From contig OX597840.1 in the NCBI GenBank assembly GCA_951406725.2, positions 3,038,001 through 3,102,000 on the forward strand: DNA of 64,000 nt. Direction: 5' to 3'. Below the pieces are notes generated by a model. That model was not told the origin of the DNA and did not search any database. It saw only the letters and a list, made by a program, of their open reading frames with translations. Below, piece by piece: positions 1 to 14,017 of this stretch (the stretch's first letter is position 1; every line of letters begins with the position of its first letter). The DNA is from Octopus vulgaris. Lineage: Eukaryota. A program made the translations under genes and the position numbers.

Positions 1-48
1 TGCAACCATGTGGTATATGCTTATATATACACACACACACACACACAT

Positions 49-117
<69 letters not shown>

Positions 118-323
118 CATGCGCATATACATATACAAATGTGTATGTATATATATATGTGTGTGTGTGTATACATACATATATATATATACACATGTAT
201 ATATATAATATATGTATATATGCAGATATATGCATCTATACATGTATATGTGTGTGTATGCATAAACGCTTCTCTGTGTCTGGATGTAAACATACAATTA
301 TACAACTGCAAGCATATATGAAC

Positions 324-394
<71 letters not shown>

Positions 395-536
395 TGCATT
401 TGTAAATTATATTTAGATAGATAGATAAACCGATATATATACGCATATATATTTTTATATACATATATCTATAATCATACGTATATACACATATATGTAT
501 AGATAGATCTATTGATAGACAGACATACAGACAGGC

Positions 537-569
<33 letters not shown>

Positions 570-686
570 CATACATACATACATACATACATACATACAT
601 AAATAGATACATAGATACATAGATAGATACATACATACATAAATAGACAGATAGATACATAGATAGATAGATACATACATACATAT

Positions 687-753
<67 letters not shown>

Positions 754-1289
754 TATAGATAGATAGATAGATAGATAGATAGACAGATAGGCGAGCGAGA
801 CAGATTGAGAGATATAGTAGATGCATACTTATCCATACTTAGACATATTCCTGTCTATAATATAACAGCTTTTGTCGTAAGCATGTATAAAACACACAAC
901 TGTGTTCTAGTAAATCATTATTTCAATATGTTTCCTAATTTTTCTATATAAGTTTCTTATAGCCATTTTGTAATGCTAATTTCTTATATCTTTCATCATA
1001 TATCATAGACATCCATGTTTCTTTTATTTTCAGGGTGAAGTATTCGATAGTCTGTAATTCTCATAATTGGAATGCCGTGCAGTATCTACATTATTCTCAC
1101 TGAACTTGATTAGCGTAAAAATTGTAATACACGCCAGTTTTACTTCGTCTTGCAGATGGTATTGTGAAAGTCTAGAAGCGTAACTGTTTCATTGAGGATG
1201 TTTACTATTACTTAAAAATTAGCAGAAAGTCATAAAATAAGAGGAATAATACAAACAGATACAGAATAAAACGTATATATATATATACA

Positions 1290-1757
1290 AGCAATAATAA
1301 AACTCTGAACGAGGTATAAACAGTAACTGCACAACAATGTGAGGTATATTTGCCATCTCAATATGGCTAACCACTAAGAGTGGGTGTTACTGTAGCTTGT
1401 AGCCCCAGGAGATCATCGTCTCCAGCTGGCTATTGACACACACTTTCTGTGCCCTATCGGATTTGCAAAGGGAGGTCATCCTTCCTTCGTCAACCTAAGT
1501 GATACGCACGGACTGCAGTTTCTAGGTCTTGACCCGTCATTAGCATACGACAATCATCGCTTTTTGATGAAAGGAGTTCCCAATGCAAATATAAAAATGT
1601 GGCTTTAGAGTCAGATCATGGCTGCTATTTTCAGCATGGTGGTATCTCGTAGATACTCTAATTTATAATTTTAATAATTATTACCTTTGAAGGTTATTTT
1701 TTCCAGGCTGATCACTTGATAAAATCGTTATTTTATTTTTAAATTAACGATCTTATC

Positions 1758-1760
<3 letters not shown>
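1290..1760 (-). mobile_element. Non-coding hammerhead-bearing element (Penelope pLTR/retrozyme-like) flanked by (TA)n
   Basis: About 470 bp between TA tracts. Contains a hammerhead motif at 1505-1549. Its 1665-1760 end recurs in inverted orientation at ~14981-15078. Confidence 0.6.
1505..1549 (-). ncRNA. Type I hammerhead ribozyme motif with one core substitution
   Basis: Minus strand reads cgtatg-CTAATGA-c-gggtcaagacct-a-GAAA-ctgcag-TC-cgtgcg. Stem I cgtatg/cgtgcg (two G-U pairs), palindromic stem III ACTGCAGT, GUC cleavage triplet. Core G5>A. Confidence 0.7.
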
Positions 1761-1822
<62 letters not shown>

Positions 1823-2644
1823 CAATATAAGGAATGGCCATAATAGGACATTCGACTCGCTAGAAAGAGCAGCCAATATATTTATTAATATATATATATA
1901 TATATATATATATCAGTGGAAAGGGTAAATATATTTCTATTTATTTTCATTTTTATTTATTTATAATTATTTATTCGTTTTTCGTTGCTATGAAGGTCCT
2001 TTATTTCATTTTCATTTGGGATCCCTATTTTTCTAGTTCGCAATGTCAGGATAATTCAGCATTCTTTTTTTTTTCTTTTCTTTCCTCTCAATTTTACGCA
2101 TCATGGTTTTTCTCCATTTCATAGTCGGAAGAACATTGACCGAGTGCCCGCCATTATTAGGATCCAATTCACTCGTGTTCCATTCGATACTCTCACCGCT
2201 GTTGAACAGATCTCATTTCATTCAGTCTGCTTCTATTCAAAGCAATTTATTTTGTTGAACTGATCGTCTTGAAAGCCTCATATTTATTTATTCTTCCGAA
2301 AAGCTGTTTATTTGTTTGTAGCTGGGGCAGATATTTTCACCAGTCTTTCCTTGCAATGACATTGTAAAGATCTCTCTTATATTCTATGAAGCTAACACGT
2401 GTCTGCTTTTTTTGGTGATGTGTTCTGTTAATCTGTTTATTATCAAGTATGAGTTTAAGGCTGTATATTTGTTGCAGTTGTGTATTTGACTAAATTTCCA
2501 GACATCAACAACTTTTCATTCTGTGAGCCAATCGCACTTAATCAAAGGATATACCTTGGTATCATTATATTCTAAGGAAGTGACATCACAATAAGCTAAT
2601 ATTGGATATAAAAGGCGTGTACGTTAATGTAAAAGCTCAAAATA

Positions 2645-2945
2645 AGGCGGCGAGCTGGCAGAATCATTAGCACACCAGGAAAAATGCTTTGCGGTATTCT
2701 GTCCGTCTTAAGGCGGCGAGCTGGCAGAAACGTTAGCACGCCGGGCGAAATGCTTAGCGGTATTTCGTCTACCGCTACGTTCTGAGTTCAAATTCCGCCG
2801 AGGTCGACTATGCCTTTCATCCTTTTGGGGTCGGTTAAATAAGTATCAGTTACGCACTGGGGTCGATATAATCGACTTAATCCGTTTGTCTGTCCTTGTT
2901 TGTCCTCTCTGTGTTTAGCCCCTTGTGGGTAGAAAAGAAATAGGT
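2645..2945 (+). mobile_element. tRNA-derived SINE family B with duplicated 5' head
   Basis: aggcggcgagctggcagaa head occurs twice. B-box-like gagttcaaattcc, central gcctttcatccttt(c/t)ggggtcg domain, and tail ending aaagaaatagg. Many copies in the window. Confidence 0.85.
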
Positions 2946-4225
2946 ACTGGATATTTATAGTTATCGCCAAGCTAACATGGCAGTCCAGAAAAATAGGACG
3001 AATGCTACCGTTGATTAGCTCCAAGAGGCCATCAGCTCTAGCTAGCTATGTGACACGTGAACCTGTGTTCATTATAACCTTCGAACATGGTAGGTCAGCA
3101 GCTTCCCCTTGCTTGTCTGGCATCCACAGACTAGTTTCGAAATGTTTGCCTCTGGGGGAATTACAACCATGTTTCGTATCTGTTACCACAACACCTCCTT
3201 TATAGGATCCAGTTAGCTCAAGACATCATCAGGAGGAACCACGTCCATTTTCGGCCCCTACTCCTCTACCGTTTTGACGTGTCCCCCATCCTTTCGGAGG
3301 TGTCTTCAGCTCTGGTGTTGGGTGCATGTCTTCTTTCTTCTTCTTTCTTCTGTTCCCTGGCCTCTTCGATGTATCGTTAGCGAGTGTCAGCTGGTGACTG
3401 ACTGACCTGTCAAATTTTTCCCTTTAAATACCTGCTACTAGGCTCCAGCAGGCAGCTCCAGCAGGCAGCCCCAGCAACTTGTCACGTGAGACTGTCTCAC
3501 CTTAACTGACTTGAGAAGGCGCGCAGTTTTAGCCCGCGCATTCTCTAAACGAAGCTGATTCAGTGTCAGCTTGTCTTACCTAATGATGGAGTAGCCGAAA
3601 ATATTTTTTATCATGTATCAAATAAAGAACATACTTTTTGCGGTCGTGTATTTTGTTGAGTATTTCAATGTTGGCTTCGATGGTCTTCGTCATCATTTTC
3701 AGCAGAGAAAAGCGTTTAGTCCTATATGTCTCTGTGTGTTTATCTCTGTTTAATGTCTTGATATTCCCTTCCATTTATACTTTTACCTGATTTGAGTTTC
3801 CATTTATTGCAAGACTGATTCTGATGTGTCACTACCTGTATATTACGAAGCCGTGTGTGCTTTCTATTGAGTAGGTTCCCTGGTATTTTCATTAGCCTGT
3901 AGTAAATCAATACTTTTTCTATGTTTAGTACAATGTGGTTTATCTCCAGTGGGTCTTCAGTAAATCAGTTTCTTTATTTCAATATTTGATACTATATCAG
4001 CTCTTCTAGAAATCTACGAACGTTTGATAAAGTGTTTGCAGTAAAAATTTCCAATCGCTTCTCGTCCTTTATTTCTTCTTAGCTCATATGGCTCTTTTAT
4101 AACACTTGTCTTTTGCATATAGTGTTGCTGTGTGTTATGCATATAGCATATAACACTTTCCGTTAGTTTCATTGCTTTCGCATCATCTTATAGTTTTCTT
4201 TTCATTTTCGTGGTTTTCGTGAACT

Positions 4226-4638
4226 CTTTTACTCTTTACTCTTTTACTTGTTTCAGTCATTTGACTGCGGCCATGCTGGAGCACCGCCTTTAGTCGAGCA
4301 AATCGACCCCGGGACTTATTCTTTGTAAGCCCAGTACTTATTCTATCGGTCTCTTTTGCCGAACCGCTATGTGACGGGGATGTAAACACACCAGCATCGG
4401 TTGTCAAGCAATGCTAGGGGGACAAACACAGACACACAACCACACACAAACATATATATATATACATATATACGACGGGCTTCTTTTCAGTTTCCGTCTA
4501 CCAAATCCACTCACAAGGCATTGGTCGGCCCGGGGCTATAGCAGAAGACACTTGTCCAAGATGCCACGCAGTGGGACTGAACCCGGAACCATGTGGTTGG
4601 TTAGCAAGCTACTTACCACACAGCCACTCCTGCGCCTA
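4226..4638 (-). mobile_element. tRNA-derived SINE family A, full length
   Basis: Minus strand: ggcgcaggagtggctgtgtggtaag (A box), ggttcagtccc (B box), internal (TA)/(TG) tract, 3' ggcggtgctccagcatggccgcagtcaaatgactgaaac and short gagtaaaa repeats. Confidence 0.9.
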
Positions 4639-5047
4639 TGTCCTTTATTTCTTCTTAGCTCATATGGCTCTTTTATAACACTTGTCTTTTGCATATAGTA
4701 TTGCTGTGTGTTATGCATATAGCATATAACACTTTCCGTTAGTTTCATTGCTTTGGCATCATCTTATAGTTTTCTTTTCATTCTCGAGGTTTTCGTGAAC
4801 ATATGGGGATTTATATTCAGTCCAAATTTTTTCGTGAAGACAATACCTCAGAATATCATATTAAGAAGATTCTATTCCTATAGCAACTAAAATATTTTTA
4901 TTGTTTTAGAAATCATCAACGATTCGTTTACTGTTTGATTTACTACTTCACATTTATATCTTTTATCGTTTACTTCTTTCAATTATTGGACTGCAGCCAT
5001 GTTGCATCACCGACTCGTATTTTTAAGTTGAAGACGTCGATCCTAGA

Positions 5048-5948
5048 CGGATTAAGTCGATTACAGTGGCCCCAGTGTGTAACTAGTACTTAATTTATCC
5101 ACCCCGAAAGGATGAAAGGTAAAGTCGACCTCGGCGGAATTTGAACTCAGAACGCAGACGAAATACCTATTTCTTTACTACCCACAAGGGGCTAAACATA
5201 GAGGAGACAAACAAGGACAGACAGACGGGTTAAGTCGATTACATTGGCCTCAGTGTGTAACTAGTACTTAATTTATCGACCCCGAAAGGATGAAAGGTAA
5301 AGTCGACCTCGGCGGAATTTGAACTCAGAACGCAGACGAAATACGTATTTCTTTACTACCCACAAGGGGCTAAACACAGAGGAGACAAACAAGGACAGAC
5401 AGACGGGTTAAGTCGATTACATTGGCCTCAGTGTGTAACTAGTACTTAATTTATCGACCCCGAAAGGATGGAAGGCAAAGTCGGCCTCGGCGGAATATGA
5501 ACTCAGAACGTAACGGCAGACGAAATACCTATTTCTTTATTACCCACAAGGGGCTAAACACAGAGGAGACAAACAAGGACAGACAGACGGATTAAGTCGA
5601 TTACATTGGCTCCAGTGTGTAACAAGTACTTAATTTATCGACCCCGAAAGGATGAAAGGCAAAGTCGGCCTCGGCGGAATATGAACTCAGAACGTAACGG
5701 CAGACGAAATACCTATTTCTTTATTACCCACAAGGGGCTAAACGTAGAGGGGACAAACAAGGACAGACAGACGGATTAAGTCGATTACATTGGCCTCAGT
5801 GTGTAACTAGTACTTAATTTATCGACCCCGAAAGGATGGACGGCAAAGTCGGCCTCGGCGGAATTTGAATTTAGAACGTAACGGCAGACGAAATACGGCT
5901 ACGCATTTTGCCCGGCGTGCTAATGTCTCTGCCAGCTCGCCGCCTTAT
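5048..5948 (-). repeat. Tandem array of SINE B units (~178-184 bp period)
   Basis: The tatttcttta(c/t)tacccacaagg marker starts at 5168, 5346, 5530 and 5714. Only the rightmost unit carries the 5' head. Confidence 0.9.
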
Positions 5949-5974
5949 GACGTCATTATTTCTGCGATAGTGCT

Positions 5975-6085
5975 TCACGACCATGTGTCTTTAGGTGTAG
6001 AAGAACAGATGATAGTCAGGCGGCGCAAAATCAGGAGGATAGGGAGGGTGAGCAACTAGTTCAAGGCCACAGCCACGCACACCAA
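5975..6085 (-). pseudogene. Mariner transposase fragment
   Basis: Minus strand translates LELVAHPPYPPDFAPPDYHLF, matching the mariner HPPYSPDLAPxD motif. Confidence 0.8.
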
Positions 6086-6229
6086 CCATCCGTTGAAAGC
6101 AAAGACTTCTGTGCTGGAACGTTGTCTTGACACCTTCGTCATTTTGCTCACTTTCCTATGTTGGTGGAGAACGTCAACAGTGCGAGATATGACGTCATCA
6201 TCAAAGCTATACTGATTCTTAGTCAGGTG

Positions 6230-6513
6230 TTTTCTTTTGCCGAACCGCTAAGTAACGGGGACATAAACACACCAGCATCGGTTGTCAAACAATGTTGGGG
6301 GGACAAACACAGACACACAAACACACACACACATATATATACATATATACGACGAGCTTCTTTCAGTTTCCGTCTACTAAATCCACTCACAAGGCTTTGG
6401 TCGGCCCGAGGCTATAGCACAAGACACTTGCCCAAGTTGCCACGCAGTGGGACTGAACCCGGAACCATGTGGTTGGTAAACAAGCTACTTACCACACAGC
6501 CACTTCTGCGCCT
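6230..6513 (-). mobile_element. SINE family A, 3'-truncated
   Basis: High identity to 4350-4638. Confidence 0.85.
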
Positions 6514-6912
6514 GGGTCAGAAACCGTAACCATTTCGTCGCAAATCGAGCTTATTTCTGCGCACGTTTATCTTCTTTCATTTTACTTTGTATTTAAAAGT
6601 TCGTCTTGAAATCATAATTTTATCACATATATTTATCATAGATATTTTGCAGTATGTATCTGTGTGTGTATGCGTGTGTGTGTCTGTATGTATTGTATGT
6701 ATAATATTTATTAAAATACGCACGCCATAATAAATAGGTTCTCTTATTTTGTTATTCCCTGTTGATTTGATTGTATTCAAGAGTTCGTTCTAGTATTTTG
6801 TCTCACCGACTTGTTGTCCTTATTGAACGCAACAGTCGTACTTCGTATACGTATCATACATTATATGATAATCACGAGAAATCTATAAAATAAATAACAT
6901 ATTCACCTGCTG

Positions 6913-6947
<35 letters not shown>

Positions 6948-7274
6948 GCCACTTCCTTCTTTTTAGCACAAAACATGGTTTCGATTTTAGTGATGTTATC
7001 TGAATAATTTCATAAACTGTGTGGTGATATTTTTGCTATCGTCCACGTTGTTATTTACGTGAGATACTGAATGCCTATACATAAGCAAAGAGAACGAATT
7101 CAATTGGAAGTAATCGACTTAAACAAAACATAGAGGTGCAGGGGTGGTCATGTGGGAACAAGATTGTTCACCAATCACGTGGTTACAGATTGAGGCCTAC
7201 CAAAGCCTTGTAAGTGGATTTGGTAGGCGAAAACTGAAAGAAGCCTGACGTATATAGATAGATAGCTAGCTAGC

Positions 7275-7345
<71 letters not shown>

Positions 7346-7403
7346 GTAGGTAGGTAGATACGTACGTACGTAGGTAGGTGGGTAGGTAGATTGGTTGGTA
7401 GAT

Positions 7404-8253
<850 letters not shown>

Positions 8254-9490
8254 AATACCAGGTGTGCACTGGGGTCGATGTAATCAACCTATCCATCGCC
8301 CCAAACTTACTGGCCTTGTACTAAAATTTGAAACTAATTTTTACAATGAATATATGAATATATGATGAAGACAGACACGAAGCAAACGTCAGTGTCTTGG
8401 TCTCAAAATGGCGACAAAGGCACACAGACAAACCGACTGGTTATTTGCTCAATCGTTTTGTCAAGAAAATAATTAGTTAAATATCTGATTAATTACCTAA
8501 CAAATTAACTCCTAATAATGCTTCCAAATCTTAGCACTATGTCGGCAATTTCAGGAGTAAGTTGATTACATCGACTCCAGTGCTTAACTAACTGGTACTT
8601 AATTTATCGACCCCGAAACAATAAAAGGCAAAGTGGAAATCGGCAGAATTTGAAATAAAGAAATACCGGTGTTTCGTACAGACGGACGAAATACCGGCAT
8701 TCTAACGATTTTTCCAGCGCACCACTTTAAACTGACTCATAATAAGGATCTTTTTAAATTTGGAAACAAGGCCAGAAATTTCGGATATGGTGATAAGTCG
8801 ATTACCACCACCCCAGTGCATAACTGGTATTTATTTCAGTACCTCATTTTGTAGTTTTTATTGTGACATTGGAAGTATGATGCTATTTGATTATGAGTCT
8901 TTGTATTTTAATGTCCAATGAATTCTGCTGAGGTGGACTTTGCCTTTCATCCTTTAGGCGTCTTCATCATCATTATCATCATCATTATCACGATCATCAC
9001 GTACACCGTTCAAGGGTTCATTCTCTATGCTTGAATGGTTCGACACTGGGGGTGGAGAACGAAAACAGAGGATGGTACCAATCTACACTGTCACATTTGA
9101 TAGTTGTTTCTACGACTCGATGCTCTTCCTGACGCCAACGAATTTACAGAGTTTTGCAGTCTGCTTTATTTTTCGTGAAGCTATGACTACTATGGTCACC
9201 AAAAAACTCGCAAAACAATGATAAAGGCCCTCACCTCTCAACAGAAGCTGGTATAATATTGAGAAATGTAGCTCCGCATTTATTATACCCTAGCTGTCGC
9301 CCTCACTCATCTTTAAAACACAGGACCACATAGTTTTTGTGGCATTTCGCCAAAGAGGCATAAAATGTCACTGAGTCTGTATCGGTTTCCACAGAGCAAC
9401 CAGGCCACACTAGAGGAAGGCGCCGGAATAGCAAGATGAGTATTTAGTCCGGCTTTAAGGTCGTATATACATATATATTTATATACATAA

Positions 9491-9533
<43 letters not shown>

Positions 9534-9600
9534 TATATGAATATATATATATACATACATACATAATTATATATACATATATATTTATATACATAAGTAT

Positions 9601-9665
<65 letters not shown>

Positions 9666-10247
9666 ATATATATGTCAATTTATACAATTTATTATAGAAG
9701 ACACTTGTCCAGGATCTACGCGCTAGGACTTACCCCGGAACCATGTGGAAAGTAAGCCTATCTATATGTATATATATGTGTGTATGTTTATGTGCATGCA
9801 TGGTTGTGTATATACGTGTGTGTATGTATGTGTGTATGTGTACGTGTGTTAGTATGTGTGTGTCTTTATGTTTGTGTTTCTTCCCGCCACTGCTTCACTG
9901 ACAATCGGCATTGGTTTGATTTCGTCCTCGTAAATAGCGGTTCAGCAAAATATACCGTTAATTCCTATATAGTTGACTAAACCCTTTAGTCCGGCTTTAA
10001 GGTCTACTTGACGGATTGCAGTTGTGATTTTGTCATCACAATTCGGAGGGTTTATAAGCTAAGCGCTAACGTGGGAAGAGTAATCTGTTCGAAGCTTTAG
10101 TAATTGTTCGTACCGTAAAAGTGGATTCCAATTCATGTAATTTGTAGAATTTTCATGATTAATTCAATCAGTCTAATGAAATATCTTAATACATCAGATT
10201 TGTACGGTGAATTCATACAATATATACATGTGCAAGCGTATATATAC

Positions 10248-10302
<55 letters not shown>

Positions 10303-10634
10303 AATTCATATATATATGTATATTTATGTGTGTGTGTGTGCGTGTGTGTGTGGTGCGTCTGTGTGCATGCGTGCGTATGTGTAGGTTTATATATATATGT
10401 ATCTAAGTTTATATATATAAAATATATATGTATATATACATATATAAAATATATATATATATATATATATATGAATATGTATGTGTATAAATATGCGCAC
10501 ATATATATATGTGTGTGTGTGTGTATGTATGTATTTATGAAATACATGTAAGAAGGATGGATGCATATGTATATGTATACATAAGTATGTATATATACAT
10601 ATATATACATATATGCATAAGTATATATATATTT

Positions 10635-10685
<51 letters not shown>

Positions 10686-11842
10686 AATATATATATTCAT
10701 ATATATGAATATGAATGTATATATGTATATATATGTGTGTGTATATATATATATATATATCAATTTATACATATGTATATGTATATATACATACACACAT
10801 ACATACGAACATACATACATACATACATACATACATACATACATGCATGCATACATACATACATACATACTTACATACATACATACATACATACATACAT
10901 GCACACATGCATGCATAAACGTATAAGTTTGATTAAACTCACCGGAGTTAATAACGAAAATTTCTGTAATTTACATGAATTGGAAATCAGCTTTTAAGAT
11001 AATACTTTCGTTTATCAACGGTGAATTATAGCAAATATATATGTCGTGCTTATCAGGTTGAATATTAACGATAAAGCCTAGAAACCGATCAACCACTATA
11101 GAATATATAAAGATTATTATCTTTGGGCGAAAATTTAATTATTTAAGTGAGCATGATAAGAATAACAGTGAATTTTTCATAATTCCGCCGTTAGCTTGGA
11201 AAATATATTAACATTTGCTGGTTACATGATGTCTGACAAATGCTTCAGGTTACGTATTATATACTTTAAGTACACAGACGTTTGTTTACGAAAACGATAA
11301 TCGTTGCGGCTGGCTTTTCTTTCAGGAGACTTCGCTGCCTAAATGGACTCCTGGATTCCTGGACTCGTAAAACCTTGGAACGATTGTGAAGATTGCATTA
11401 ATGTAAAGTTGCATTAATCAAAAATGTAAGGGATTATCGGAAATGCTCTTTTAATTTTCGTTAAGTACCGGTATGGAAGCAGATGCAGGGATAATATTTG
11501 ATATAGATATAGATATAGATATAGATATAGATATAGATATAGAGGTTGATGTAGACGCACGGTATCTATTGTGTGGGAGGTTTGGTTGCTATGGTTACCG
11601 TAGGAAGAGGAAATATGAGAACGACTTGTTCTGGTTGTGTTGTGTTGTGTATTGTGAGAGCGATTACAAGTTTGTATGTGTGTGTGTTGTGTGAGTGTGT
11701 GTGTGTTCGTATGTGTGATTCCTGCGTCTATTTGTGTACGTGCACGTGTGTCCTTGTGTTTATGCGTCTGTGTGTATGTATATATGATATAATGTAATAT
11801 TACTTAATATATGTATATGTGTGTGTGTATATATCTATGTAC

Positions 11843-11881
<39 letters not shown>

Positions 11882-12584
11882 CTCAAATATGTACATATAT
11901 ATACGCACCAATACACACACAAGTATATATATATGTGCGTGTACGTGTGTGCGTATCTGTTTGTGTGTGTTTGTGTGTGTATGAATGTATGAATATATGT
12001 GTGTAGCTGTCTGTTTGTTTATATATATATACACGATTCTTCCCACAAACAATAACATCCTAATTGTGCATAAACACACACTTGTACACCTAGAGCACAC
12101 ACACACACAAGTACATGTATATATATACCTGTGTGTGCGTGTGTGTATTTGTGTGAATGCATGTATGTACGTGTGTTTGTGTGTATGTGTGCATGTATGT
12201 GTACAGAAGGGGAGAAAGAGTTGCAATGAACTGGAGACGGCGATGTATTTTCTATACACACACTCAATGCTTTCGATCTAGTTCGTAACCTCATATGAAA
12301 GAAACTCCTGACGAGAGTCGCCATATTTTATGTATATTAATGGTTGTTTATTCGTGGCGGTAATGGGCAGAAATATGCAATGAAAGAATTATTTATTATT
12401 ACGTAAATTTCTTCAATTGTAACTATACAAACCAATTCGTAGAAAATACTGGAATATCTTTCAATGTAAATTTCGAATCATACTTTAGCAACCACTTCTT
12501 CGCTCTCTGTTTAATTGAAATCATGACCATTTTAAATGTGGTTACCGTTGAAAGGAACCAGCAATCCGCCATGTTTTGAGACAT

Positions 12585-12685
12585 ATTAGATTGAAAAGAA
12601 AGCTCCATCATATTTGAAGATGGGGAAAGAAGCAAATGCTTATTTGGTCTTCGTTCATATTTTTAATCAAGATAATATTTCTCAA
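12585..12685 (-). mobile_element. Mariner right-end fragment
   Basis: Reverse complement matches 45438-45538 (aatattatcttgattaa...aagaccaaa.aagcatttg...ccatcttcaaat...ctaata). Confidence 0.7.
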
Positions 12686-12814
12686 CAGTATTGATTTCAA
12701 ACTTTAACACAAAGTCAGCAATTTCGGGATCGAATGTAAGTCGATTACATTGACCCTAGTACTCAACTGGTACTTAGCTTTAAGAGCAAGATAATTAAAA
12801 ATGTCCACCAGTAT

Positions 12815-12985
12815 GGCGCAGGATTGGCTGTGTGGTTAGTAGCTTGCTTACCAATCATATGGTTCGGGGCTCAGTCCCACTGCGTGGCATCTTACGCAAG
12901 TGTCTTCTACTATAGCCTCGGGCCGACCAAAGCCTTGTGAGTGGATTTGGTAGACGGAAACTGAAAGAAGCCCGTCGTATATATG

Positions 12986-13039
<54 letters not shown>

Positions 13040-13240
13040 TGTGTCCGTGTTTGTCCCCCTAGCATTGCTTGACAACCGATGCTGGTGTATTTATGTCCCC
13101 GTCACTTAGCGGTTTGGCAAAAAGAAACCGATAGAATAAGTACTGGGCTTACAAAGAATAAGTCCCGGGGTCGAGTTGCTCGATTAAAGGCGGTGCTCCA
13201 GCATGGCCGCAGTCAAATGACTGAAACAAGTAAAAGAGAG
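12815..13240 (+). mobile_element. SINE family A, full length
   Basis: Head ggcgcaggattggctgtgtgg through tail gactgaaacaagtaaaagagag. Confidence 0.9.
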
Positions 13241-13574
13241 AGTATATGTATATATTGTAGGGAACTTAATTCTTGGCTATTGTGAGTTACTGTGTTGTCT
13301 TCATCATAATATAAGAAAATGAGGATCTTCATCGGTTTCGACGATGAGTTTTAAGCTTTTCGGTGCTACTTATTCATTTATTCCCAAAGGGATAAAAAGC
13401 AAACTGGACCTTGGTGGAATATGAACTCAGAACATAAAGACGGTCGATAGAACGCTATGCATTTTCCTCGCGTGCTAATGATTCTCTCAGCCTGCCGCCA
13501 TATTTCCCCTCATTACTGATTTCAAATTTAGGAACAAGGCCTGCAATATCCGGTGTGAGGATAAGTCAATTACA

Positions 13575-14017
13575 CCGCTCCTGGTGCTCAGCTGGTACCC
13601 ATTTAATCGACCCCGAAAGGATGAAAGGTAAAGTCGAGCTCGGTGGAATCTGAACTCAGAACGTAAAGACAAACGAAATACCTATTTCTTTACTACCCAC
13701 AAAGGGCTAAACACAGAGAGGACAGACAAACGGATTAAGTATATTATATCGACCCCAGTGCGTAACTGGTACTTATTTAATTGACCCCGAAAGGATGAAA
13801 GGCTAAGTCAACCTCGGCGGAATTTGAACTCAGAGCGTAGCGGTAGACGAAATACGGCTACGCATTTCACCCAGCGTGCTAACGTTTCTGCCAGCTCGCC
13901 GCCTTCACCACGAGGCTATAGTAGAAGACACTTGCCCAAGGTGCCACGCAGTGGGACTGAACCCGGAACCATGTGGTTGGTAAACAAGCTACTTACCACA
14001 CAGCCACTCCTGCGCCT
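13575..14017 (-). mobile_element. SINE B dimer plus SINE A 5' fragment
   Basis: Two B central domains (~13610 and ~13785), B head at ~13900, A head at 13910-14017. Confidence 0.8.

Noticed and set aside
8-836. YI/HT/YLSI-repeat ORFs here and throughout the window
   Set aside because: Translations of (TA)n, (CA)n and (GATA)n microsatellites.
5048-5948. CRISPR-like or independent satellite array
   Set aside because: No unique spacers; the units are SINE B bodies, in a eukaryotic context.
11325-11425. Possible plus-strand exon (tttcag ... gtaag)
   Set aside because: Splice-like signals only; no coding or homology support.
12300-12322. gaaactcctgacgagagtc hammerhead-like string
   Set aside because: The core boxes are in an order and spacing that cannot form the three-way junction.
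12423-12635. 70-aa ORF as a host exon
   Set aside because: Its 5' part lies within a mariner terminal fragment; no recognisable protein.
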